In this document: positions 17,615-28,118 of the stretch, in pieces
Layout: every line of letters starts with the position of its first letter
Position numbering within the stretch: the first letter of the stretch is position 1
Virus record (IMG/VR): IMGVR_UViG_3300021426_000063
Span: 160,001-224,000 of that record
Direction: 5' to 3' (one strand)
DNA from: a virus
Taxonomy: Duplodnaviria > Caudoviricetes
DNA length: 64,000 nucleotides
Program-made: the position numbers and the translations under genes
The notes under the pieces: generated by a model
Database searches by the model: none
Told to the model about the DNA's origin: nothing
What the model saw: only the letters and a program-made list of their open reading frames with translations

Positions 17615-20600
17615 ATGGCAAAATATGTAAAGGGTTTAAATGCTGGTTCCTCAACATTGACTGCAACATATTCAGGTAAAACTGCTAGTATTAATATAAC
17701 AGTTAATAAGGGTGCTGGAACTTTAGGTAGTGCTGATGCATTATCTGACCATGAATATCGTACAGGTCCACATACATATACATTAACAGTTACAGGAGCA
17801 TCAGGAAGTGTATCATTTAACACAAGTTCATCATATTTAACTGTTACAAAAGATGGAAGTTCTTATAATAAATCTGGATGGTCAGTTACATCTACTGGAG
17901 GTCTTGCAACTGCTGCTTCAATAAATGCTGGTACATATACAGTTAAGTGTTATGTTACATCTGCTGCAACCACTAATTATAATTCAGTATCTGGATATTT
18001 AACTTGGACATTTAAAATTACAAAAGCCACACCAACCTGTTCAATATCAATACCTGATTATACATATGGTGGAACAAAATCTAATTATAATTTCTCTGCT
18101 AATATGGGTGTTGGAAGTGTTGATGTATATCTTAACTCAACCAATTCAACATCTGGTGGAACATTGTGGGGTAATGCAACATCTACAACATTGAATGCTG
18201 GTACAAGATATATATATGCAATTGTTGGTGCTGGAACAAATACAAATGCAGTTACTGTTGGACCAACTGCTTTTACAATCAGTAAAGCTAGTCAGTCTGC
18301 TCCAACTGCATCAGGTAATTCAAGTACATATTCAACATCTGGTTCAATTAGTGGTAGTGCATCAGGAGGTGGAGGTGTTGGTACACTTTATTATAAGGCA
18401 GATACATCAGGTGGAACAAGTTATGGTACAGCTGCAACATCTGTATCAAGGTCAAGGTCTTCTGTTGGTACAACAACCTTTGTTGCTTACTGGAGTGGTA
18501 ATGATAACTATAATGCATCACCAAATTCAAATCAAGCAAGTCTTGTTATTGGTAAAGCAGATCAGTCTGCTCCAACAGCATATGGAGATACAAAATCATA
18601 TGGTTCAACAGCAACTGCAACAACATCTGGTGGTGGCGGTCAGGGTTCTATTGAATGGTCTAATGGTAGTACAAGAACAGATGTTGGTTCACAGACAACA
18701 AAAGCAAGATGGTCTGGTAACAGTAATTATAATGCATCAGGTTGGTCTAATGAGGTAACACTTAAAATCAACAAAGCAGATCAGTCTGCTCCAACACCAA
18801 AAGGATCATCAAGTACTTATTCATCATCTGGTTCAATTAGTGGTAGTGCATCAGGAGGTGGAGGTCATGGTTCACTTTATTATAAGGTTGATACATCAGG
18901 TGGAACCAGTTATGGTTCTGCAACAACTACTGCACCTTCAAGAAATAGGAACTCTGTTGGTACAACCACTTTTGTTGCTTACTGGGGTGGTGATGGTAAC
19001 TATAATGCATCACCTAATTCAAGTCAGGCAAGTCTTGTTATTGATAGAGCAGGTCAGCCTGCTCCAACTGCAACAGGTTCATCAGTAACATATCCTAATA
19101 CTGCAACTGCATCATATTCAGGTGGTGGAGGTGTTGGTACGCTTACTTGGACAAATGGTAGTTCAAGATCTGCAATTGGTTCACAGACAACAAAGGCATA
19201 TTGGAGTGGTAATGGTAATTATTATGCTTCTGGATATTCTAATGAAGTAACACTTTCTGTATCTAAATATACACCAACCATTTCTTTGTCTGCAACAGAT
19301 AGGATATATAATGGTAATGCCCTTTATGCAACAGCAACAGTATCTGTTCCTTCTGGTGGTAAAACTATGAAAGGTACTATTTATTATGGTACATCTTCTG
19401 GTTCAACATCATATAGTGTATCCTATAGTGGTTCTGCTGTATCATTGAGTTCAGTGAGTGTAACTAACTATAATAGTGGTTCTGGTAATTCAGTAACTGT
19501 ATTTGCTTACTTTGTACCTGACAGTACTTGTAATGATGTATATAATAGTTCAGGCAATGCAAGTAAGACTATGACCATTACTGGTCCTACAAGTCAGTCT
19601 GCTCCAACAGCAACAGGTGCTTCTTCTCAATATGCAACATCTGGTTCAATTAGTGGTAGTGCATCAGGTGGTGGTGGGCATGGTACACTTTATTATAAGG
19701 CAGATACTAATGGAGGAACAAGTTATGGTTCTGCTGCAACATCTGTATCAAGGTCAAAGAGTTCTTTGGGTACAACAACCTTTGTTGCTTACTGGGGTGG
19801 TGATGGTAACTATAATGCATCAGGTAATTCTAACCAGGCAAGTCTTACTGTTGTAAAGGCAGATCAATCTGCTCCAACAGCAACCGGTTCATCAGTAACT
19901 TATCCTAGTACTGCAACTGCTTCTGCATCTGGTGGAGGCGGTCAGGGTTCTATTGAGTGGTATAATGGTAGTTCAAGGTCTGCCATTGGTTCACAGACAA
20001 CAAAGGCAAGATGGTCTGGAAATACATATTATAATGCATCTGGATATTCTATTGAGGTAACTCTTTCAGTTGCAAAATATACACCAACTGTTACATTGTC
20101 TGCAACAGATAGAGCATACAATGGTAATGCTTTATATGCATCAGCAACAGTATCTGTACCATCAGGAGGTAAGACAATGAAAGGTACAATATACTATGGT
20201 ACATCTTCTGGTTCAACATCATATAGTGTATCATATAGTGGTTCTTCTGTATCATTGAGTTCAGTAAGTGTAACTAATGTTGGTTCAGCAACAGTATATG
20301 CTTACTTTGTACCTGACAGTACTTGTAATGATGTATACAATAGTTCAGGTAATGTAAGTAAGACATTTACTGTTAGAAAGGCTGATCAGGATGCTCCAAC
20401 AGCAACTGGTTCATCAGTTACTTATCCTAGTACTGCTACTGCTTCCGCTTCAGGTGGAGGTGGTCAGGGTTCTATTGAATGGTATAATGGTTCATCAAGA
20501 AGTTCTGTTGGTTCACAGACAACAAAAGCAAGATGGTCTGGTAACAGTAATTATAATGCATCAGGTTATTCTAATGAAGTAACTCTTTCAGTTGCTAAAT

Positions 20601-23600
20601 ATACACCTTCTGTAACATTGAGTGTAACTGATAGGAAGTATAATGGAAATGCACTTTATGCAACAGCAACTGTATCAGGTGCATCTGGTGGTGCAACTCC
20701 AAAGGGAACTATTTATTATGGTACAAGTTCAGGTTCAACATCATATAGTGTTTCATATACTGGTTCTTCTGTATTATTGAGTTCAGTGAGTGTAACTAAT
20801 GTTGGTTCAGCAACAGTATATGCTTACTTTACACCAGATTCTACTTGTAGTGGTGTCTATAATAACTCTGGTAGTGCAAGTAAGACATTTACTGTTAGTA
20901 AGGCTGACCAATCTGCTCCAACAGCAACAGGTGCAACAGTTACTTATCCTAGTACTGCTACTGCTACTGCTACAGGTGGTGGTGGTCAAGGTACACTTAC
21001 TTGGACTAATGGAGATACACAAAGTGGTGCTGGTTCAAAAACAACAAAGGCTTACTGGGCTGGTAACAGTAATTATAATGCATCAGGTTATTCTAATGAA
21101 GTAACACTTAAAGTTAACAAGGCTGCTGGTTCTACTGGTGTATCAACATCAGCAATGTCAATTACTTATAGTACAACATCTGCAACAAGAACAGTATCTG
21201 GAAATACAAATACTGTATCTGTTTCTTCAAGTAATGAAAATATTGCTACTGTATCAATTTCTGGTTCAACTATTACAGTAAACAGAATTGGTTATGGTAG
21301 TGCAACCATAACTGCTTCTGTTGATGCTGCTACTAATTATGAGGCAGCAACATCATCATTCACAGTTACTAATTACAAGGCTGCTGGTAGTGTTAAGACT
21401 GCACCAGCCAATAATGGTGCAACATATGGTTCAGGAAGTTATTTGTGTACAACAGGTGCTTCTGATACAGGTACAATGTATTATAGACTTGGTACAAGTG
21501 GAAGTTATAGTACAACAAGACCAACAACAAGTGGACTCAATGTTGGTTCATATACATTGTATTACTATGCTGCTGAATCAACTAATTACTATGCAACAAG
21601 TGCTGCATCTATTACAGTTACAGTTGTACAGGCAAATGGTTCAGTTGCTGGTAATGTTACTGATAGAACATATAATACTTCAGGTCAGACTGTAGGTACA
21701 CTTACATCTGCAACTGGTGATTATTATCTTGGATTTGGTAGTTCAACATCTTCTGGTCCATCATCTTGGGGAACAAAGAATGTTAATACTATTTCTGCAA
21801 CAACAGCAGGAACATATTATGTTTGGGCAAAATGTGATGCTTCTACAAATTATAAAGCTGTTGGTGCGACATACATTGGAAAAGCAATAATAAGTAGGGC
21901 ATCAACCAATGCTCCTGTTCTTGTTGCCGGTGGTACAACAACATATACAGGTTCAACCTATTATGCTACTGCTGCCAATGGTAGTGGTAACCCTTCTGGT
22001 ACAATCAAGTATGGTGCAACATCAGGTGCTTCTACTTACAGTATGACAGCAGGTACTGCTGCTAATATGACAAGTATGGGTAGAAGTGATGTTGGTACAA
22101 CAACCATCTATGCCTTCTTCCAACCAACAGATACAACCAACTATTCTAATTCTGGTGTTGCATCAACAACTGTAACCATTACTAAACCAGCAGGTGGTTC
22201 AGGTAGTGTAACAATGTCAGGTTGGACATATGGTGGAACAGTAACTAACCCTAATCCATCATCAAGTACTAATGGTACAAGTAATGTATCTTACACCTGG
22301 TATGATTCTGGAAAGACAGCTTTGTCATCAAAACCAGGTTCTACTTCAACAGCAGGAACATATTATGTAAAGGCAACCTTTGCTGCCACTACAAACTATA
22401 CAGAATACACAACTGATTATGTATCATTCACAATCAGTAAGGCTACTGGTTCAGGTAGTGTAACAATGTCAGGTTGGACATATGGAGGTACTGTAACAAA
22501 TCCATCACCATCATCAAGTACTAATGGTACAAGTAATGTATCTTACACCTGGTACAATTCAAGTAAGACAGAGTTGTCAAGTAAGCCAGGATCCAACTCA
22601 ACAGCAGGAACATATTATGTAAGGGCAACCTTTGCAGCAACAGCAAACTACAATGCTGTGACAACAGATTATGTATCATTCCCAATCAGCAAGGCAGCAG
22701 GTACTCTTTCAGGTAGTACAACTAATAGTACATATAATGGTTCAGGACAGGTTATTGGTACAATAACATCTACCACAGGTACATACTATCTTGGATTTGG
22801 TAGTTCTGCCACATCTGGTCCATCATCTTGGGGTTCAGCAAATACATCACTTTCAGCAACCAATGCCGGAACATATTATGTATGGGCATACTGTGATGCT
22901 TCAACTAACTATAATGGTGTTGGTTCAAAGTACATTGGTCCAGCAACAATATCACAGAAGTCAGTTACAGTCACAGCAGCATCAGATTCAAAGGTATATA
23001 ATGGTACTGCATTGACAAACAATACTGCATCCATCAGTGGTCAGGTGAGTGGTCATACACTTAACTCTGTAACGGTAACAGGTTCACAGACAAATGTTGG
23101 TTCATCTTCCAATGTACCAAGTGGTGCAAAGATTTATTCTGGTTCAACAGATGTTACAAGTAATTATAGTATTACTTATACAAATGGTACATTGACTGTT
23201 TCAAATGCAACCATCACAGTATCTGCACCTAACCAGAGTTATACATATACTGGTTCAGCACAGGGTAATGCCATTACAGTAACAACTGTTAACAGTCAGA
23301 CAGCAACCATCAAGTATGGTACAACATCTGGTACATACAATTTGACATCAGCACCACAGATAACCAATGTTGCTGAATCAAAGACTATCTACTATAAGGT
23401 AACTGCACCTAACCATGCTGATAAGACAGGTTCTTATACATTGACTATAACCAACAAATCAATCTCTATACCTACTCCAACAAGTGTATCAAAGACCTAT
23501 GACAGGACAGCATACAGTGCAACCTTTGGTGCTGCAACTGGTGCAACAATAACCAAGTGGAGATACTCAACAGATAACTCTACTTGGACAGAGACATCAA

Positions 23601-26600
23601 GTGGTAATCCAACACAGACCAATTATGGTACACTTTATGTCCAGGCATATTATTCTGCAAACACAAACTACACAGGTAGTAATTGGTCTGCATCTGCAAC
23701 CATCTCAATAGCAAAGAGGGAGGTAACCCTTACTTGGGGTACACATACTTGGACATATGATGGTGGTGCAAAGACTGTTACTTGTACTGCTGGTAATGTT
23801 GTTTCAGGTGATACTTGTACTGTTACATTAAGTAATCAGAGTAGGACCGCTGCTGGTTCACAGACAGTTACAGCAACAGGTTTGAGTAATTCAAATTATA
23901 AGTTGCCATCATCTACTACAACAACATTGACTATAAACAAGGCTACATTGACTGTTGTTGAGTCAAGTTATAGTGGAACATATGATGGAAACAACCATTC
24001 AAGTACTGTTAAGGTAACAAATTCAGACTGGACAGGTAAGACCATTGTTTATGGTTCAAGTACATCTTATGGTTCAACTGCAACAACTACTGGTACTTAT
24101 AATACAGCATATGCAGTACATACTGCAAAGGATTACACATCATCAATAACTATCTATTATAAGATTACTGGTGATGACAACTATAATGACTTTGCTGACA
24201 GTGTAACCTTCCAGATTGGTAAGGCAACAGGTACACTTACTGGTAGTACATCAAACAAGATATACAATGCATCATCACAGGTTATTGGTACAATATCTTT
24301 CAATACAGGTACATACTATCTTGGTCTTGGTAGTTCAACTACATCAGGTCCATCATCTTGGGGTTCAGCAAATAGTTCACTTTCTGTAAAGGATGCTGGA
24401 ACATACTATGTATGGGCAAAGTGTGATGGTTCAACCAACTACAATGCTGTATCAGCAAAGTACATTGGTCCAGCAACAGTATCACAGAAATCAGTTACAG
24501 TTACTGCCGGTTCAGCAGAGAAGGTATATAATGGTACTGCATTGACCAGTAGTAATGCAACAGCAACTGGTCTTGCAAGTGAGAATCACCATCTACATTC
24601 TTGGACTTGTACTGGTTCACAGACCTATGTTGGTTCCGGTCCTAACACTGCAAGTAATGCCAAGATTTATGAAGGTACTCATAATGGTACAGAGATTGAT
24701 GTAACATCTAATTACAGTATCTCTTACAGTCAGGGTATATTGTCAGTTACAAAGGCAACACCAGTTGTGACAGTTACGGGTGTAACAGCAGACTACACAG
24801 GTGGTTCATTCTATTCAACTGCAAAGGCCAATGCAATTGGTACATTCTATTGGAAGAAGGGTTCTGCACCTACAACATCATCTTATGATGGTAGTGTTGA
24901 GTTGTCTACATTGAACACAGCAACCAATGCTGCTTTTGTAAAGAACAACTCTGATGACTTTGAGATGTTCTGGTTGTTTGTTCCAAGTGGTACAGCAACC
25001 ATTGCATCAGGTCAGACATACTCTGCCAACTTCAGTTCTACATCAAGTGGTAGTTCAGGTGTCAACCTCATCATTAATCCAAGAGATATATCAAAGGTAT
25101 CTGCATCAGTAGCATCAGTCACATACAATGGTTCACAGCAGACTGCATCAGTAAATGTAACTGATACAGCAACCATCACTTCGAGTGATTATACCATCTC
25201 TGGTAATACTGGAACCAATGCTGGTAATTATTCAATCACCATCACAGGTAAGAATAACTACACAGGTACAAAGACCATCACCTGGACAATAAATAAGAAG
25301 TCTGTCACAGTTACAGCTGGTTCAGCATCAAAGGTATATGATGGTACTCCATTGACAAAGACTGATGGTGTAACCACAACAACACTTGGTACTGGAGACC
25401 ATCTCCACTCATTCAAAGTAACTGGTTCAATCACCAATGTTGGTATTGAAAACAATGTATTGAGTGAGATCAAGATTTACAAGGGTACTCATAATGGTAC
25501 AGAAACAGATGCAACAAGTAACTATACCATCACTTCTGAAAATGGTACATTGATTGTTAACAATGCAACAATCACAGTATCTGCACCTAATCAGGAATAC
25601 ATCTATAACGGTTCAGCCCAGGGTGCTGCTATCTCTGCATCTGCTGTTGGTGGTCAGACAGCAACCATCAAGTATGGTACAACAAATGGTTCTTACACAT
25701 TGACAACAGCACCACAGATAACAACTGTTGCTGAATCAAAGACCATATACTATCAGGTGACTGCACCTAACCACACAACAAAGACAGGTTCATACACTCT
25801 TACTATCAAGAAGTTCACAGTCAATGCAACTGCAACCAATCAGTCAAAGACCTATAATGGTACCGCATTGAATGCTGAAAACACAGGTAGTATAGTTGAG
25901 ACTCTTCCTACTGGACATACCATTACTTATAGTTGTACTGGTTCACAGACCAATGTTGGTTCATCTGCCAAGACTTTGTCATCTGTAACTATCAAGAATG
26001 GTTCAGGTACAGATGTGACTGCAAACTTCACAGTCAATAAGAACAATGGTACATTGACAGTTAATGCAGCAACCATCACAGTATCTGCTCCTAAACAGTC
26101 ATACACATATGATGGTAATAAGCATGGTAATGCTATCACAGTAACAACTGTGAACAGTCAGGAAGCAACCATCAAGTATAGTACATCATCAACAGGTACA
26201 TTCACAACAACTGTTCCACAGATTACTAATGTTGCTGAATCAAAGACTATCTACTATCAGGTGACTGCACCTAACCATATTGACAAGAGTGGTTCATATG
26301 AATTGGAGATAACTGAAAAGTCAATCTCTATTCCAGCACCAACTGCAAAGGAAGAGACTTACACAGGTACAGCATATTCAGCATCCTTTGGTTCTGCTAC
26401 TGGTGCAACCATCACCAAGTATCAGTACTCATCAGATAACTCTACTTGGACTGATTCAAACACCAATCCAACCAGGACTGATGCAGGTACAACTTATGTG
26501 AGGGCATACTACACTGCTGGTACTAACTACAAAGGTAGTGGTTGGTCAACTAGTACAACCATCAAGGTTAACAATGCTACAATGACAGTGTCTGCACCTA

Positions 26601-27742
26601 ACCAGAGTTATATGTATAATGGTTCATCTCAGGGTACTGCAATATCTGCTACAACAGTTAACAGTCAGGCCACAACAATCACCTATGGTACAACATCTGG
26701 TTCATATACATTGTCATCTGCTCCAAAGATAACCAATGTATCAGAATCAAAGACTATCTATTATAAGGTGACTGCACCTAACCATAATGATAAGACAGGT
26801 TCATACACATTGACTATCACCCAGAGGGCAATCACCTTCAAGGCTGATGATCAGTCAAAGGTATATGATGGTACTACATTGTCAGCAGAGAACACTGCAA
26901 CAAGAGTCACATCAACAGGTAATGCTCTTGTTTCCGGACACACTGTTGCATTCACCTGTTCAGGTACACAGACAGTAGTTGGTTCATCTGACAAAACCTT
27001 GTCAACTGTAACCATCTATGATGCATCTACCAATAATGTATCTGCTAACTATGCAATCACAAAGAACAAGGGTACATTGACTGTTACAGCAAGGACTGTT
27101 ACATTCACAGAACCTACATTCAACAGTGATACATTGACATACAACAAGTCATCAAAGACTCTTGCTTCTGGTGCAACCTGTTCTGCCGGTGGAGTTATGT
27201 ATTACTATGCATCAACATCATCAACACCTGCTACATTCTCTACAACCACTTGGAGTACTGATTCAGCAAGTGCAGTTAATGCAGGCACATATAATGTATG
27301 GTATTATTGTTATGTAGTAGATACAGATAACAACACAGGTACAGGTATCAACACAGCAAATAAGATGAGTGGTACAAAGACCATTGGTCAGAGGGAGGTA
27401 ACACTTACCTGGGGTACAAGAACATGGACATATGATGGTTCAGCACACTCAACAACCTGTACTGCTGGTAATCTTGTTTCTGGTGATACTTGTACTGTGA
27501 CATTGACTGGAAACTCAATAACAGAGATTGGTTCACAGACTGTGACAGCATCTTCATTGAGTAATCCAAACTACAAGTTACCAAGCAACAACACAGCAAC
27601 CCTTACCATTGAACCAGGTATGTTTGTTAAGTTGAGTGGTTCTTGGACAGTAGTTAAGAAGATATACAAGAAGATATCAGGTCATTGGACAGAACAGTCA
27701 TTTGACTCATTGAGTACAGATGATTTCTATGTCAAGAGATAA
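17615..27742 (+). CDS. Giant S/T/G-rich multi-repeat (Ig-like/MBG) fibre or adhesin, 3375 aa
   Basis: Dozens of ~65-110-aa beta-rich repeats incl. MBG-like VTVTA.S.SKVY.GT.LT; begins with a Big_2 C-half; ends in a VKLSGSW..VKKIYKKISGHW module. Confidence 0.8.
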   Translation: MAKYVKGLNAGSSTLTATYSGKTASINITVNKGAGTLGSADALSDHEYRTGPHTYTLTVTGASGSVSFNTSSSYLTVTKDGSSYNKSGWSVTSTGGLATAASINAGTYTVKCYVTSAATTNYNSVSGYLTWTFKITKATPTCSISIPDYTYGGTKSNYNFSANMGVGSVDVYLNSTNSTSGGTLWGNATSTTLNAGTRYIYAIVGAGTNTNAVTVGPTAFTISKASQSAPTASGNSSTYSTSGSISGSASGGGGVGTLYYKADTSGGTSYGTAATSVSRSRSSVGTTTFVAYWSGNDNYNASPNSNQASLVIGKADQSAPTAYGDTKSYGSTATATTSGGGGQGSIEWSNGSTRTDVGSQTTKARWSGNSNYNASGWSNEVTLKINKADQSAPTPKGSSSTYSSSGSISGSASGGGGHGSLYYKVDTSGGTSYGSATTTAPSRNRNSVGTTTFVAYWGGDGNYNASPNSSQASLVIDRAGQPAPTATGSSVTYPNTATASYSGGGGVGTLTWTNGSSRSAIGSQTTKAYWSGNGNYYASGYSNEVTLSVSKYTPTISLSATDRIYNGNALYATATVSVPSGGKTMKGTIYYGTSSGSTSYSVSYSGSAVSLSSVSVTNYNSGSGNSVTVFAYFVPDSTCNDVYNSSGNASKTMTITGPTSQSAPTATGASSQYATSGSISGSASGGGGHGTLYYKADTNGGTSYGSAATSVSRSKSSLGTTTFVAYWGGDGNYNASGNSNQASLTVVKADQSAPTATGSSVTYPSTATASASGGGGQGSIEWYNGSSRSAIGSQTTKARWSGNTYYNASGYSIEVTLSVAKYTPTVTLSATDRAYNGNALYASATVSVPSGGKTMKGTIYYGTSSGSTSYSVSYSGSSVSLSSVSVTNVGSATVYAYFVPDSTCNDVYNSSGNVSKTFTVRKADQDAPTATGSSVTYPSTATASASGGGGQGSIEWYNGSSRSSVGSQTTKARWSGNSNYNASGYSNEVTLSVAKYTPSVTLSVTDRKYNGNALYATATVSGASGGATPKGTIYYGTSSGSTSYSVSYTGSSVLLSSVSVTNVGSATVYAYFTPDSTCSGVYNNSGSASKTFTVSKADQSAPTATGATVTYPSTATATATGGGGQGTLTWTNGDTQSGAGSKTTKAYWAGNSNYNASGYSNEVTLKVNKAAGSTGVSTSAMSITYSTTSATRTVSGNTNTVSVSSSNENIATVSISGSTITVNRIGYGSATITASVDAATNYEAATSSFTVTNYKAAGSVKTAPANNGATYGSGSYLCTTGASDTGTMYYRLGTSGSYSTTRPTTSGLNVGSYTLYYYAAESTNYYATSAASITVTVVQANGSVAGNVTDRTYNTSGQTVGTLTSATGDYYLGFGSSTSSGPSSWGTKNVNTISATTAGTYYVWAKCDASTNYKAVGATYIGKAIISRASTNAPVLVAGGTTTYTGSTYYATAANGSGNPSGTIKYGATSGASTYSMTAGTAANMTSMGRSDVGTTTIYAFFQPTDTTNYSNSGVASTTVTITKPAGGSGSVTMSGWTYGGTVTNPNPSSSTNGTSNVSYTWYDSGKTALSSKPGSTSTAGTYYVKATFAATTNYTEYTTDYVSFTISKATGSGSVTMSGWTYGGTVTNPSPSSSTNGTSNVSYTWYNSSKTELSSKPGSNSTAGTYYVRATFAATANYNAVTTDYVSFPISKAAGTLSGSTTNSTYNGSGQVIGTITSTTGTYYLGFGSSATSGPSSWGSANTSLSATNAGTYYVWAYCDASTNYNGVGSKYIGPATISQKSVTVTAASDSKVYNGTALTNNTASISGQVSGHTLNSVTVTGSQTNVGSSSNVPSGAKIYSGSTDVTSNYSITYTNGTLTVSNATITVSAPNQSYTYTGSAQGNAITVTTVNSQTATIKYGTTSGTYNLTSAPQITNVAESKTIYYKVTAPNHADKTGSYTLTITNKSISIPTPTSVSKTYDRTAYSATFGAATGATITKWRYSTDNSTWTETSSGNPTQTNYGTLYVQAYYSANTNYTGSNWSASATISIAKREVTLTWGTHTWTYDGGAKTVTCTAGNVVSGDTCTVTLSNQSRTAAGSQTVTATGLSNSNYKLPSSTTTTLTINKATLTVVESSYSGTYDGNNHSSTVKVTNSDWTGKTIVYGSSTSYGSTATTTGTYNTAYAVHTAKDYTSSITIYYKITGDDNYNDFADSVTFQIGKATGTLTGSTSNKIYNASSQVIGTISFNTGTYYLGLGSSTTSGPSSWGSANSSLSVKDAGTYYVWAKCDGSTNYNAVSAKYIGPATVSQKSVTVTAGSAEKVYNGTALTSSNATATGLASENHHLHSWTCTGSQTYVGSGPNTASNAKIYEGTHNGTEIDVTSNYSISYSQGILSVTKATPVVTVTGVTADYTGGSFYSTAKANAIGTFYWKKGSAPTTSSYDGSVELSTLNTATNAAFVKNNSDDFEMFWLFVPSGTATIASGQTYSANFSSTSSGSSGVNLIINPRDISKVSASVASVTYNGSQQTASVNVTDTATITSSDYTISGNTGTNAGNYSITITGKNNYTGTKTITWTINKKSVTVTAGSASKVYDGTPLTKTDGVTTTTLGTGDHLHSFKVTGSITNVGIENNVLSEIKIYKGTHNGTETDATSNYTITSENGTLIVNNATITVSAPNQEYIYNGSAQGAAISASAVGGQTATIKYGTTNGSYTLTTAPQITTVAESKTIYYQVTAPNHTTKTGSYTLTIKKFTVNATATNQSKTYNGTALNAENTGSIVETLPTGHTITYSCTGSQTNVGSSAKTLSSVTIKNGSGTDVTANFTVNKNNGTLTVNAATITVSAPKQSYTYDGNKHGNAITVTTVNSQEATIKYSTSSTGTFTTTVPQITNVAESKTIYYQVTAPNHIDKSGSYELEITEKSISIPAPTAKEETYTGTAYSASFGSATGATITKYQYSSDNSTWTDSNTNPTRTDAGTTYVRAYYTAGTNYKGSGWSTSTTIKVNNATMTVSAPNQSYMYNGSSQGTAISATTVNSQATTITYGTTSGSYTLSSAPKITNVSESKTIYYKVTAPNHNDKTGSYTLTITQRAITFKADDQSKVYDGTTLSAENTATRVTSTGNALVSGHTVAFTCSGTQTVVGSSDKTLSTVTIYDASTNNVSANYAITKNKGTLTVTARTVTFTEPTFNSDTLTYNKSSKTLASGATCSAGGVMYYYASTSSTPATFSTTTWSTDSASAVNAGTYNVWYYCYVVDTDNNTGTGINTANKMSGTKTIGQREVTLTWGTRTWTYDGSAHSTTCTAGNLVSGDTCTVTLTGNSITEIGSQTVTASSLSNPNYKLPSNNTATLTIEPGMFVKLSGSWTVVKKIYKKISGHWTEQSFDSLSTDDFYVKR

Positions 27743-27765
27743 TTTTGAATTTTCATAAATACATT

Positions 27766-28086
27766 ATGAGTTTTGTAAAATTTAGATACAGAAGAAGTAA
27801 ACCATTAGATCCGGTTCCTGGTTCATTCTATTGGGTTGAACTGGATGATGATGAAACACATCAGATATGGTTTGCCCCGGATACAAACCCTGAACACCTG
27901 ATACTTCTCAATGAGAATGTTGATTTGAGTTCATATGTGAGTGAAGAAGTTCTTGCAGAAGTCCTTGCTGATTATGCCAAGACAACAGACATTCCAGAAA
28001 TAACAGAATTAACAGAATCAGATTATGATAAGATTGCTGAAAAGGTTAATGAAAAAACATTACACCTGACCTGGCAAGAAATATAA
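27766..28086 (+). CDS. Hypothetical late protein
   Basis: ATG at 27766 just after CATAAATA (27754). Confidence 0.65.
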   Translation: MSFVKFRYRRSKPLDPVPGSFYWVELDDDETHQIWFAPDTNPEHLILLNENVDLSSYVSEEVLAEVLADYAKTTDIPEITELTESDYDKIAEKVNEKTLHLTWQEI

Positions 28087-28118
28087 TATACAATATAAAA
28101 AACAATAATAAAAAAATT

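Noticed and set aside
17590-17615. Frameshift or readthrough at TTTAAAAAAAA fusing the 73-aa ORF to the giant fibre
   Set aside because: A TAA at 17609-17611 is in the fibre frame and a TGA follows in the 73-aa frame, so no simple fusion is possible.
18280-27600. CRISPR array or DGR template/variable repeat pair among the DNA repeats
   Set aside because: The repeats are in-frame protein-domain duplications without a repeat-spacer pattern or adenine-specific mismatches, and there is no reverse transcriptase or cas gene in the window.
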